64,000 nt of DNA from Myxococcales bacterium (GTDB taxonomy: Bacteria; Myxococcota_A; Polyangia; Polyangiales; Polyangiaceae), in the NCBI GenBank assembly GCA_043747615.1, contig JAYTOU010000052.1, forward strand, positions 1-64,000. The letters run 5' to 3'. The notes under the pieces were generated by a model. It ran no database searches, had not been told where the DNA came from, and saw only the letters and a program-made list of their open reading frames with translations. Position numbers and translations under genes: made by a program. Of the stretch, positions 18,241 to 27,779 are shown in pieces (positions within the stretch are counted from its first letter, which is position 1; the number at the start of each line of letters is the position of its first letter).

Positions 18241-20514
18241 TCATGACGCACGGGCATGAGCGAGGGCAGCCATCGCGCCGAGGAGGGCCGTCGCGGGAGC
18301 AAGGCTAGGGGGTGCGACCCCGAGCGTGACCGCCAGAGCAGCGAGGGCGCTTGGAAAGAGCCCGATCGCGAGCGCCACCCGTGCCTTGTCGCGCGTGCCC
18401 CGGGCAAGAGCGAGGGCAAGTGCTGCATCTTTCACCTCGTCGGACGCGAGGGCCACGGACCACTCGCCGGGACTACCCCCCGCTGCGAGCATCGCCACCG
18501 AAACGTCTGCGGCAGCGAGCGCCGCGTCGTCCGAATCGGGGTGGCCGAGGACCGCGACCACATGACCACCTTCGCCGAGCGCCCGCACCGCCGCGCCGCG
18601 ATCCGCCGGGAGAATTTCGGGGCGAATGTGATCGATGTCGAGGGCGCGTCCGATCGTCTCGCACGTGTCGCGCGCCTCGCCGCTGAGGAGAACAGGCTCG
18701 ATCCGGGCGTCGAGAAGCCGCTGCACGGAGGCCCGTGCACCCGCGCGGAGGCCGTCCTGCAGGGCTACGAGGCCGACCAGCTTACCGCCGAGGGCAGCGA
18801 GGAGAACACTCCGACCTTCGGCTTCGAGGGTCGAGGCGCGCGCATCGGCTAGGGCGACGCTCACACCTTCTTGCAACAGGAGCGCGCGGCTGCCGACGAC
18901 GAGCCGCTCGCCGGTCGACGAGAGTGCGGTCACACCGAGCCCCGCGTGCGACTTGGCGTTGCGCACGTTCTCCGGCCGAATTCCTCGATTTCGTGCCGCT
19001 CGCATGATCGCCGCCGCGAATGGATGCGTGGATGCGGTCTCTGCACCGGCCGCGAGGGAGAGGATCCTCTCGACGTCGAGCGATGCGAGCGGTTCGAGCG
19101 CAACGATCTCCGGATCTCCCATGAGCACGGTCCCGCGCGAACAGAGCACAGCCACGTCCGTCGTTCCCGCATCATTGAACGCGTTCGCGTCTTTGAAGAC
19201 GATCCCGTGCGCGAGGGCCGAGGACTGCCCGCGAGCGTGATGAAGCGCGATCACCGCTCCGACGCCCCACGCGCCAACGGCGAGCCCCGTAGCGCTCACC
19301 ACGCCGAGCACTTCGACCGGTGACGAATTCGTAGCGTAAGCGACGAGCCCCGCGAGAAGCGCTGCGACCGGCGCCCCGCGTTCAATGACGACCCGCGTCG
19401 ATCGCGCGAGAGGAGCGGCGACGTCCATGCGCTGGGTCGGCGAGATCGAGAGGCGGATCCACGCGCGATCTTGCGCCGCACGGGTGGTCGTGAGGCGGAG
19501 CCGTCCGGTGACGATCTTCGCGCCCGCCACGACCGCATCGCCTTCCCGCTTCGCGAGCTCGATCGACGCGTCGAGCCACGGGATGACCGTCGCTTCGCCG
19601 GCCAGGACGACGCCGTCGACGCCGACCACTTCGCCGACTTCGATGACCACTTGCTCTCCCGCCTTCACCTGCGCTGCCGGCAGGAGGGCGGTCTCTTCGC
19701 CGCGCACGACACGCACCTGAACGTCGAGTGCTTCGCAAATTCGCTCGCGCCCGGATCGCACCGCAGCCAAGGTTTTTTCGAGCAAATGCGCGATGAGCAG
19801 ACCACTCGCCGCGGCCAAGCCAGCGAAGGAAGCGAGCGTCGAGGCGTGCGGTGAATGAATGGCGAGGGCCCAGCCCGCGGCCACGAGCGCACCGCACGGA
19901 GGGGCGAGGGCCACCAGCGGATGCGGATGCGACGGGTCACGCTTCACGCTGGCCCCGCGAATAAGAAGCACGGTCAGCGAAAGCGTCGCCAACGGAAGGC
20001 GCACCTTTTCCGCCGCGCCCACCAGCGTGACCGCCCACGCGAGGACACCCGCAGCGATGCCGAGGAACGTCGTCACGTCGCTCATCGAAGCGAATGGCTG
20101 CGCGGCGGAAGGCTCGAGGTCGCTTCCTTCGCGCACCACGGCAGGCGAGCGGAGGGTCTCTGGGCCTGCTTCTTCCGCGAGCTCCTCGTCGGCAGGAGGC
20201 TCGGTCTCATCGACCTCGGCGACGTCCTTCGCCGTGTCGTTCGTTCGCACGCGTTCGCCCGAGGTCGCCCCTTCGCCGCAGGGGCTCTCCTGTCTCATTT
20301 CTACGGGTGGTGGGTCGGCGGTGAGAATCTCGCAGCTGGGGCGCGAGCGGCTGCCCGCATGCGCGAGCTTGCACGCTTGATCACAAAAATAAACGAAGCG
20401 CCCGCCTTCGATCGAGACCTGTCCCGCGCGGAGCGGATCAATTTCTTTTCCGCACGAAGGACACACCGCTCCGGGGCGGGACGGCGACCCCTGGCGCGCA
20501 GCTGCGTCCTGCAT
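18241..20514 (-). CDS. P1B (heavy-metal)-type ATPase-like protein with N-terminal TRASH/YHS-like motif; catalytic motifs degenerate
   Basis: CPSCG...YFCDQAC, TM helices, A-domain, 'STHPFAAAI', 'GLGV' and 'ALAAADVSVAM'. DKTGT appears as CSRGT. Confidence 0.85.
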   Translation of the reverse strand: MQDAAARQGSPSRPGAVCPSCGKEIDPLRAGQVSIEGGRFVYFCDQACKLAHAGSRSRPSCEILTADPPPVEMRQESPCGEGATSGERVRTNDTAKDVAEVDETEPPADEELAEEAGPETLRSPAVVREGSDLEPSAAQPFASMSDVTTFLGIAAGVLAWAVTLVGAAEKVRLPLATLSLTVLLIRGASVKRDPSHPHPLVALAPPCGALVAAGWALAIHSPHASTLASFAGLAAASGLLIAHLLEKTLAAVRSGRERICEALDVQVRVVRGEETALLPAAQVKAGEQVVIEVGEVVGVDGVVLAGEATVIPWLDASIELAKREGDAVVAGAKIVTGRLRLTTTRAAQDRAWIRLSISPTQRMDVAAPLARSTRVVIERGAPVAALLAGLVAYATNSSPVEVLGVVSATGLAVGAWGVGAVIALHHARGQSSALAHGIVFKDANAFNDAGTTDVAVLCSRGTVLMGDPEIVALEPLASLDVERILSLAAGAETASTHPFAAAIMRAARNRGIRPENVRNAKSHAGLGVTALSSTGERLVVGSRALLLQEGVSVALADARASTLEAEGRSVLLAALGGKLVGLVALQDGLRAGARASVQRLLDARIEPVLLSGEARDTCETIGRALDIDHIRPEILPADRGAAVRALGEGGHVVAVLGHPDSDDAALAAADVSVAMLAAGGSPGEWSVALASDEVKDAALALALARGTRDKARVALAIGLFPSALAALAVTLGVAPPSLAPATALLGAMAALAHARAS

Positions 20515-20623
20515 GGTTCATCGGGAATCGCCCCACAGCGTGCGTGTGTCAAGCGCCGGCGATGAGCTTCACACGCTGCTGACTGCGCAGAGGTTCAGCT
20601 ACACCGGGCGCACGGGCGCCGGT

Positions 20624-21832
20624 TCACTTCGTTGCGAGCTGCTCCACGACGAGACGCACCGCGCGCGTTCCCTCCACGAGCTGCGCTTCGCTGACGACGA
20701 GGGGCGGCGAAAAACGCAAAACGCGCTCTCCGGCCGCGGTCAGAAGCACACCCAGCTCCTGCACTTTCGACAGGACATCGCGCGCGACGAACCCGTGGCG
20801 CAGAACGAGGCCTTGAAGAAGCCCTTCCCCGCGCGACGTCTCACACACCGCAGGAAACTCTTCGACGATCCGTCCGAGCATGCCGGCGAGCGCTTCGCCC
20901 TTCGTGCGTGCGCCCTCGACGAGCTTCTCTTCCTCGATGATGGCAAGGGTGGCAAGCGATGCTGCGCATGCGAGGGGATTGCCGCCGAAGGTGGAGCCGT
21001 GCGTACCGGGTGGAAGGGCTCCTCCGAGCTTCTCGGTCGTGAGCATCGCTCCGATTGGAAATCCGCCGCCGAGTCCCTTGGCGAGAGCGATGGCGTCCGC
21101 CGTGGCGCCCGAGCCTTCGTGGCCGAGAAAACGACCGAGCCGGCCGACGCCCGTCTGCACTTCGTCGACAAGGAGGAGCGCCCCATGCCGATCGCAGAGA
21201 TCGCGCAACGCCCTTAGAAAACCGGGCGGCGCCGGAAGGACGCCTCCTTCGCCTTGGACGGGCTCGACGATGATCGCCGCCACGTCCGGCCCCATCGATT
21301 TCGTTACCGCGTCGACGTCCCCGTACGGGACGTGGGTCACGCTCCCGAGCGCGCCGAAGCCTTCGCGGTACTTGGGAGTGCCGGTCATCGAGAGTGCGCC
21401 CATCGTGCGACCGTGAAAGGCGTTGTCGAAGGCGACGATGCGCGCGCGATTCGAGTCCCCCTTCGCAAAGAAATAATGACGCGCGGCTTTGAGGAGCGCT
21501 TCGTTCGCCTCTGCGCCGGAGTTGCAGAAAAGTGCGCGGTCCATGCCCGTGCGAACGCAGAGCGCGTCGGCCAGCCGGATGTTGGGCTCGTTGTAGAAGT
21601 AGTTCGAGACGTGCATCACCTTGGCGGCTTGATCGGCGATGGCGCGAACGAGCTTGGGGTGCGCGTGGCCGACAGAGCAGACGGCGACGCCCGCGCACAG
21701 ATCGAGGTACCGCCGCCCGTCGACGTCGAACAGCTCGCATCCGAGCCCGCGCGCGAAGACGACGGGAGCCGGTCGGTAGTTGGCGTAGAGGCGACGCTTG
21801 GCGAGTTCGAGAAGCTCAGGAGTGTGCGGCAC
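20624..21832 (-). CDS. argD: Acetylornithine aminotransferase (class III PLP)
   Basis: 'FCNSGAEANE', 'FHGRTMGAL', 'EPVQGEGG', 'DEVQTG.GR', 'LAKGLGGG' and 'HGSTFGGNP'. Confidence 0.92.
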   Translation of the reverse strand: MPHTPELLELAKRRLYANYRPAPVVFARGLGCELFDVDGRRYLDLCAGVAVCSVGHAHPKLVRAIADQAAKVMHVSNYFYNEPNIRLADALCVRTGMDRALFCNSGAEANEALLKAARHYFFAKGDSNRARIVAFDNAFHGRTMGALSMTGTPKYREGFGALGSVTHVPYGDVDAVTKSMGPDVAAIIVEPVQGEGGVLPAPPGFLRALRDLCDRHGALLLVDEVQTGVGRLGRFLGHEGSGATADAIALAKGLGGGFPIGAMLTTEKLGGALPPGTHGSTFGGNPLACAASLATLAIIEEEKLVEGARTKGEALAGMLGRIVEEFPAVCETSRGEGLLQGLVLRHGFVARDVLSKVQELGVLLTAAGERVLRFSPPLVVSEAQLVEGTRAVRLVVEQLATK

Positions 21833-21905
21833 GGCAGATCCCTCTTTGGTTGTTCGAAATAGTGCTCTTTTACTGGCCCAGGCAAAAGGTCCAGATTCAA
21901 TATTT

Positions 21906-22694
21906 TTATTGGACCAGGCGAATCAGGGCGTGGGCGACCTCGGCGAAACCTTGGCCCATCTCGGAACGGGAGACATAGCGCGGCGAGACCGCGATTTTCG
22001 GCAGATAGGGCTGCACGTTGGCCACGGCGAACGTGTGCTGAAACGCTGCAAAACAGGCGGCATCGTTACCGCTGTCACCGATGAACGCGTAGCGGGCGAG
22101 AGCCGCGCCAGCATCCTCGCCGAACTGTGCGGACGCGAAGGCCACAGCGCCGGACGCCTTGTCGTCTTCGTCGAATGTGGCGTGGAGGTGAACGCTCGAT
22201 CGGGTGGAGCGAGCGCCCGCGCGTGCGATCTCCCCGGCGATGGCCTCCACGCGCTCGAGGGGCAAACGGAGTCGTTCGCCGATGTCCCACGTGATGTCGG
22301 AGCGCCGCGCGTCGACGTCATCGGAGAGTCGCGCCTCGGGCACCGCCCCGCGAACGGTCTCGACGAGGCTCCCCAGTCGAATGCGCCTGCGCCTCCGCTC
22401 GGCTTCGTCGCACGACTCACGGCGAGCAATGCCCCGCCCCTCACGAACGAGGTGCACCGCGCCGTTCTCGGTGACCGCTCCGTCGATCGGCCACTGCCGG
22501 GCGATCACTTCGCCCCATCCGCTCGGCCGTCCCGTCACCGCGACGAGACGTAGCCCCGCGTCGCGCATGTCCCAGAGCGCATCGTAGGCCACGCGCGTGA
22601 GCGCACCATGCGACAGCAGAGTGTCGTCGAGATCGAAGAAGAGGCCTTTGAGCTTGCCTGACAGCGCTGAATCAATCTCCTCGAGCGGCCTCAC
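21906..22694 (-). CDS. HAD-IIB family hydrolase
   Basis: 'FDLDDTL', 'VTGRP', 'ENGA' and 'IGDSGND'. GTG start overlaps the upstream TGA. Confidence 0.85.
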   Translation of the reverse strand: MRPLEEIDSALSGKLKGLFFDLDDTLLSHGALTRVAYDALWDMRDAGLRLVAVTGRPSGWGEVIARQWPIDGAVTENGAVHLVREGRGIARRESCDEAERRRRRIRLGSLVETVRGAVPEARLSDDVDARRSDITWDIGERLRLPLERVEAIAGEIARAGARSTRSSVHLHATFDEDDKASGAVAFASAQFGEDAGAALARYAFIGDSGNDAACFAAFQHTFAVANVQPYLPKIAVSPRYVSRSEMGQGFAEVAHALIRLVQ

Positions 22695-23914
22695 CGCGGC
22701 TCGATCCGCGACAGCAGCGCCTTTAGGTAGAGCCCGTCGCCGAATGCGGCATTCACGGGATGATCGCCCCCCTGAAACGACCGCTCCCACACCAGTGCGG
22801 ACACATTTGCGCGGAGCGCGCCGGTCGCCAATGCGCGCGTGAGAGCCGTCAGATCCACCGCGGCCGAGCACGAGCACAAGACGAGCACGCCCCCCGGACG
22901 CGTGGCGCGGCACCCGAGCTCAGCGAGCTTCGCGTAGGCGAAAAGCGCGGCGTCCTTGGAACCTCGCGTGGGCGCGAGCCTCGGGGGGTCGACGATCACG
23001 AGATCGTATCCACCGCTCACGCCCGCCTCCTGAAGCGCCTTTCGCGCATCTTGCTTCGAATGAGTGATCTTCCCTTCGAGTCCATTCGCCCGCGCACACT
23101 CGGCGCCGACCTCGAGCGCAAGCGCGCTCTCGTCCACGGCGACGACTTCTTTCGCTCCGCCACGCGCAGCCGCCATCGCGAAAGCGCCGACGTAGCTGTA
23201 CGTGTCGAGGACCCGCTTGCCGTGCGCGAGCTGCTCGACGCGCGCCCGGAGCGCCCGCTGGTCGAAATAAAATCCCGTCTTCTGACCCAGCTCAAGAGGA
23301 ATTCGATACGCGAGCCCGCGCTCGTTGAAGGCAAGCTCTGCGATCTCCTCGCCGCGCACCACTCCCGCCGCGGGGACGAAGTTTTCCTGCTTCGCCGTTT
23401 TGGCGGGCGTGCGGTCGATGATCGCGCGTGGCTTGAGCACGTCGTGAAGGGCCTGCAAAATGAGCCCTTCGCGCACCTTCATGCCGAACGTCAGAAACTG
23501 AACGACGAGCACGTCGGCAAAGCGATCGACGATGAGCCCGGGGAGTCCGTCCCCTTCGGCGTGCACGAGGCGGTAGCCGTCGGTCCTTCGCGCGGGGTTG
23601 ACGTTCGCATGGGGAGAATCGGGATTCCCCTCGAGTCCAAGCTCTTCCCGCCAGGCAAGCGCTGCGGCGATCCGGGCGTGGAAAAAGGCCGCGTCGATCC
23701 GCGTCGTGTCGTCTCGCACCATGAGACGAACCGGGATCGCGGATCCCGGTGAGTAAAAGCCCCGGCCGAGCAAATTCCCGCGGGGATCGACGACCTTCAC
23801 TTCATCGCCCGCGGTGGCCCCGCCCTCGACACGCTCCACCGCTTGGGCGTAAACCCAGGGATGGCCCGTCCAAACGGGCTGCACATGGCCGGGCTTGAGC
23901 CTCACGGTCGGCAT
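22691..23914 (-). CDS. RlmI-family SAM-dependent rRNA methyltransferase with PUA domain
   Basis: 'GHPWVY', 'HAEGDGLPGL.VD', 'GQKTGFYFDQR', 'VDPP' and 'CSCS'. Confidence 0.9.
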   Translation of the reverse strand: MPTVRLKPGHVQPVWTGHPWVYAQAVERVEGGATAGDEVKVVDPRGNLLGRGFYSPGSAIPVRLMVRDDTTRIDAAFFHARIAAALAWREELGLEGNPDSPHANVNPARRTDGYRLVHAEGDGLPGLIVDRFADVLVVQFLTFGMKVREGLILQALHDVLKPRAIIDRTPAKTAKQENFVPAAGVVRGEEIAELAFNERGLAYRIPLELGQKTGFYFDQRALRARVEQLAHGKRVLDTYSYVGAFAMAAARGGAKEVVAVDESALALEVGAECARANGLEGKITHSKQDARKALQEAGVSGGYDLVIVDPPRLAPTRGSKDAALFAYAKLAELGCRATRPGGVLVLCSCSAAVDLTALTRALATGALRANVSALVWERSFQGGDHPVNAAFGDGLYLKALLSRIEPR

Positions 23915-24022
23915 GGGTCGAGAAGTACTGTACACGACGCTGGTTGTCGGGATGGCGTGAACCAGCGTCAACACCCCGATTCTTTTGCCCTAATTTTCTC
24001 GGCTGGGCGCTCTCGTTGGCCA

Positions 24023-24038
24023 TGGCACTTGGGTTGCT
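24023..24038 (+). promoter_or_regulatory. Sigma54 -24/-12 promoter
   Basis: TGGCAC-TTGGG-TTGCT matches the TGGCAC-N5-TTGCW consensus, 25 nt upstream of the ATG at 24064. Confidence 0.75.
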
Positions 24039-24063
24039 TTGGAGACATGTTGAGGACGACACC

Positions 24064-24960
24064 ATGATGATCGCGAAGTACTCAGCAGTGACGGCGTTGG
24101 CGGCTTTGACGTTCGCTCTGTTCACGCCGGCGACGGCGAGCGCGCAAGGTACGGCGGCCGCTCCGGCTCCGGGCGCCCCCGCAGCAACCTCCAATTGCCC
24201 CCCCGGAAGCTGGTTTTGCTCGGACGCGCAGGTCGCCCCCGCCGCGCCCCCCGCGGGCGGAGCTGCTTTGCAGCCTCTTCCCGGAGGAGCGCCAGCCGCC
24301 CAGCCTGGAGTGACCTACCAGCAAACGCCTGCTCCCCCGCCCGTCGTGATTTACCAGCCTGGCCCACCGGTCATGGTCATCGCCGCCGAAGCGCCCGCTC
24401 CGTATCGCTACACGCGTCGTCCCCCCGCCCGGAAAAGCGAGTGGGGGCTCAATCTTCACCTCGAAGGCGCAACACTCGGTAGAGGCCGCACGGGCACGGA
24501 GTCCGGCATGGGCGGCGCGGGGCTCGGTCTTCGCTATCGTCCGGTGCCCGCCGCGGCCATCGAAGCCGATCTCGATTTCGTCGGCGGCCGCGATTACAAC
24601 GGCTTTCGGCGCTCAGAAACGGCCTTCACGCTCAACTGTTTGGTCTTCGTCAACCCGAAGAACCGCGCGCAGTTCTACTTCCTCGGCGGCTTCGGTTGGT
24701 CGGGCGCCCACGCCACCGATGACCAGGGCGTCACTGCCTTCGAGCGTCAATACAACTACAGCTACTTCGGAGCGCAGGGCGGCATCGGCCTCGAGTTTCG
24801 CGCCGCCAAGCACTTCGCGCTCAACTTCGACGCCCTCGCGTTCGTCCGCGCTCGCACCGACGAGAGCGCCTACTACCAGCCTGAATTCCGCAACGGCCAG
24901 CAAACCAGCAACACCTCCGGCGGCGCTCTCTTCCGCGGCGGGATGACCTTTTACTTCTGA
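24064..24960 (+). CDS. Outer-membrane beta-barrel protein with a Pro-rich N-terminal region
   Basis: Signal peptide (ASA-Q), alternating beta strands, C-terminal 'GMTFYF' beta-signal; GAGG SD. Confidence 0.8.
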   Translation: MMIAKYSAVTALAALTFALFTPATASAQGTAAAPAPGAPAATSNCPPGSWFCSDAQVAPAAPPAGGAALQPLPGGAPAAQPGVTYQQTPAPPPVVIYQPGPPVMVIAAEAPAPYRYTRRPPARKSEWGLNLHLEGATLGRGRTGTESGMGGAGLGLRYRPVPAAAIEADLDFVGGRDYNGFRRSETAFTLNCLVFVNPKNRAQFYFLGGFGWSGAHATDDQGVTAFERQYNYSYFGAQGGIGLEFRAAKHFALNFDALAFVRARTDESAYYQPEFRNGQQTSNTSGGALFRGGMTFYF

Positions 24961-25069
24961 TCGCGTACGCCGTCGCCGTCTCGCCCTTACCGCCATCGCC
25001 GGGGTTTGCGGAGGTGTATTTGCGCTCGCCGCGCCACCGACGGATCTCTATCCGTCTCTGTGGATCGGG

Positions 25070-26545
25070 ATGGCCGCGCTCGCGGTCTCCTTGGATTTCG
25101 CGCTTCCCGAGCAGACCGGTCGCCTCGCGCGCCACCTCGAAGGAGCGGGGCGTGGCTGGGCATTCGGGTTCGCCGCCAACCTCGTCGCGTTTCGATTCGT
25201 CCCCACCGTAATCACCCGATTCACGCCGCTCCCTTGGGCCGTGGCGATCCTCGCACTGATCCTCCTCGCCGCCGCGCAGGCCGTCAGGTGGATGATCGTC
25301 GGCGGCGTTCACGCGCGGTTGGTTCGGGCCGGTGTGCCGCGCGTTCCGGCGTTCGCCATCGCGGTCTACGCAGGAACTTTTTTTCCAATGGTGTTCCCGT
25401 GGAATCCGGCCGGCGGAGTGACCCCTTGGCCGGAGCTGGTGCAGCTGGCGGACGTGTTCGGCGAACGCGGTGTGAGCGCGGTAATGGCCCTTTCGGCGGG
25501 CCTCGTGGCCGAAGGCTTCCGCGTCGCTCTTCAGAGTGGCTCACGTCGTCGGGTGATGGTGAGCCTCAGCGCGGGTATGCTTCTACCCTTCCTCACGTAT
25601 GCTCACGGAGCCTGGAGAATAAGGCATATCGAGGCCGAGCGCGCGAACTCGCCCACGGCGAAGATCGTGCTTCTCCAGCCATCGATCGGCGCCTCCGAGC
25701 GCTGGGAGAGGACGCGCGCCGAGGCAATCTTGAGCAAGCTCACGACGCTGACCGTGAGCGCGGAAAGAAAAGGCGCCGAGCTCACCATCTGGCCTGAAGC
25801 TGCCTACCCGTATGTCATCGGTCATGGGTCGCGACGCGCTCCGGTCGGGCCCTATGCGATGTTGCAGCCTGGTGTGCACGGGCCGGTGCTCACGGGCGCT
25901 GTCACTTCGGCGGGCAGCGACTCGTACAACTCGGCGCTGATCGTGGCGGCGGATGGAACGCTCTCCGCACCGTACGACAAGATTCACCTCCTCTGGTTTG
26001 GAGAGACCGTCCCGCTCGCCGATCTCTCCCCCTGGCTTCGCAGGACGTTCGCGCGCGGAACTGGCCTCGTACCCGGGGAAAAACAGGTGCTTTTGTCATC
26101 GGGCCGGATCCACGCGAGCGTACTCAACTGCTTCGAGGACACGCTGCCAGGTGCCGGACGGGAAGCCATGGAGCCCGGGCCCAACCTCCTCGTGAACATC
26201 ACCAACGACGCGTGGTTCGCAGGCAGCGAGGAGAGCGAGCTTCACGCGCGGATGGCGACGATGCGTGCGGTGGAAGAACGACGAGACATCGTGCGCGCGG
26301 TGAACTTCGGCCCCACCACCTGGGTCGATGCGGCAGGCCGCGTGCGAGGGAAGTACGCGAGCGAGATTCCGGGAACGCTCCTCACCGAGCCCGCGCTTCT
26401 CGAGTCGCCGCCGACCTTCTTCGGACGCTTCGGCGAGGTGCCGTGGGTCCTCGTGGCGGGCGCACTCACCGCCACCTTCGTCGCCCGCGAAAGGCGACGC
26501 CGCGCACAAAACGCCGAGGGCGCCCGCTCCGAGTCGCTCGCGTAG
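25070..26545 (+). CDS. lnt: Apolipoprotein N-acyltransferase
   Basis: TM region with 'FPW'; nitrilase triad WPE / YDK.HL..FGE..P / NCFE; 'NITNDAWF'. Confidence 0.9.
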   Translation: MAALAVSLDFALPEQTGRLARHLEGAGRGWAFGFAANLVAFRFVPTVITRFTPLPWAVAILALILLAAAQAVRWMIVGGVHARLVRAGVPRVPAFAIAVYAGTFFPMVFPWNPAGGVTPWPELVQLADVFGERGVSAVMALSAGLVAEGFRVALQSGSRRRVMVSLSAGMLLPFLTYAHGAWRIRHIEAERANSPTAKIVLLQPSIGASERWERTRAEAILSKLTTLTVSAERKGAELTIWPEAAYPYVIGHGSRRAPVGPYAMLQPGVHGPVLTGAVTSAGSDSYNSALIVAADGTLSAPYDKIHLLWFGETVPLADLSPWLRRTFARGTGLVPGEKQVLLSSGRIHASVLNCFEDTLPGAGREAMEPGPNLLVNITNDAWFAGSEESELHARMATMRAVEERRDIVRAVNFGPTTWVDAAGRVRGKYASEIPGTLLTEPALLESPPTFFGRFGEVPWVLVAGALTATFVARERRRRAQNAEGARSESLA

Positions 26546-26604
26546 AAAAACGCGAACAGCTCGGGGCACGCGCCCACGGTCGCGACCTTTCGGTCGCTAC
26601 GCGA

Positions 26605-26916
26605 TTACTGGATCAGGTCCTTCAGGGCCTTGAGCGCAGACGCGCGGATCTTCTTCGACGCGGGCTTGCCCTTGATCGTGATGGGCTGCTTGGTGAAGGG
26701 GTTGATGCCGGGGCGGTCTTTCGTTGCCGGCTTCTTGACGGACTTGAGCTTGAGCAGACCAGGGATCACGAACTCTCCGGGGCCGCGCGAGCCAAGCTGC
26801 TTCTTGATGAGCTCAGTGAGGCCATCAAACACGCGAGAGACGCTCTTCTTATCGAGCTCCGAGAACTCCGAAATCTCCGTAATCACTTGAGCCTTGGTCA
26901 TGCGCTTTCCAGACAT
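26605..26916 (-). CDS. HU-family nucleoid DNA-binding protein
   Basis: 'MTKAQVI..I', 'F.IPGL.KL', 'GINPFT' and 'KALKD'; SD AGGAGG. Confidence 0.92.
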   Translation of the reverse strand: MSGKRMTKAQVITEISEFSELDKKSVSRVFDGLTELIKKQLGSRGPGEFVIPGLLKLKSVKKPATKDRPGINPFTKQPITIKGKPASKKIRASALKALKDLIQ

Positions 26917-27182
26917 TTGTGCATCCTCCTGTCGAATGAATCAACGTTCTTCCACGGTTTGTTCACGACGGTCATACGTCTGATCCACGCATCTCTCTCC
27001 CCGAATACTTACCCAGAAGTCGTCTGGGCTTTGTGCGGCTAGAGCGTGGTCCGAAGCGATAAAACCCCCGATCGATGCGGCGAAACAATGGGTAGCACCC
27101 GGATTTGTTGCTCCGCAAGGGGAAAAATAGCGTTTTGTGCGCTTTGTCCATTCGCCGCCTGTGAAAAACTGCGGGTTTGGAG

Positions 27183-27211
27183 ACAAAGGGAGACGCGTAC
27201 CCCTTGTTTTT
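27183..27211. terminator. Hairpin between ybeY and the HU gene
   Basis: ACAAAGGG-N10-CCCTTGT, followed by a T tract on the plus strand. Confidence 0.35.
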
Positions 27212-27265
27212 ACTCACTCTTTTTGGCGAGCCCTCATCAGCCGATGAGCGTGGCCGGAAACGCGG

Positions 27266-27778
27266 TTAGCCCTTGTTGATTCTCTTCTTTGTCTCCGCGC
27301 TTTCTCTTCTTCCGGCGCGACGGGCACGATTTCGTTCGGCCGCAGCGCACAGACGGTCCGTCTCGGCACGCATGGCGCGATCCTTCGCAACGGTCTCGTG
27401 GTCCCATCCGAGCAGGTGGAGGAGGCCATGCGCGACGAGCATCGTGACCTCGGACAGCGCGTCCACGCCCCGCTCTTTCGCCTGCCTCCGTGCCGTTGGA
27501 ACGCTCACGATCACGTCGCCGAGAAGGTCTCCCGCGAGCCCGGCAAACTCGCCTTCGCGCATGGCAAAAGCGAGAACGTCGGTCGGACGATCTTTTCCAC
27601 GATAGATCTTGTTCAGCTCATGCACTTGATCGTCATTGGTTAAGAGGAGTGATAGCTCAAACTTCTCTAATTGAAGGAGAGCAACCATCGCCTTCACGCG
27701 TCGCAAGATCTCCAGACGAGCGATGCCCGCTCTCTCGCTCTTCGTGAGCCGCTCTTCAATCACCAACCGGACCGACAA
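27266..27778 (-). CDS. ybeY: Endoribonuclease YbeY
   Basis: 'LN..YRGKD.PTDVLAF', 'LGDVIVS' and 'HGLLHLLGWDH'. True start may be a few codons downstream. Confidence 0.95.
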   Translation of the reverse strand: MSVRLVIEERLTKSERAGIARLEILRRVKAMVALLQLEKFELSLLLTNDDQVHELNKIYRGKDRPTDVLAFAMREGEFAGLAGDLLGDVIVSVPTARRQAKERGVDALSEVTMLVAHGLLHLLGWDHETVAKDRAMRAETDRLCAAAERNRARRAGRRESAETKKRINKG

Positions 27779-27779
27779 A

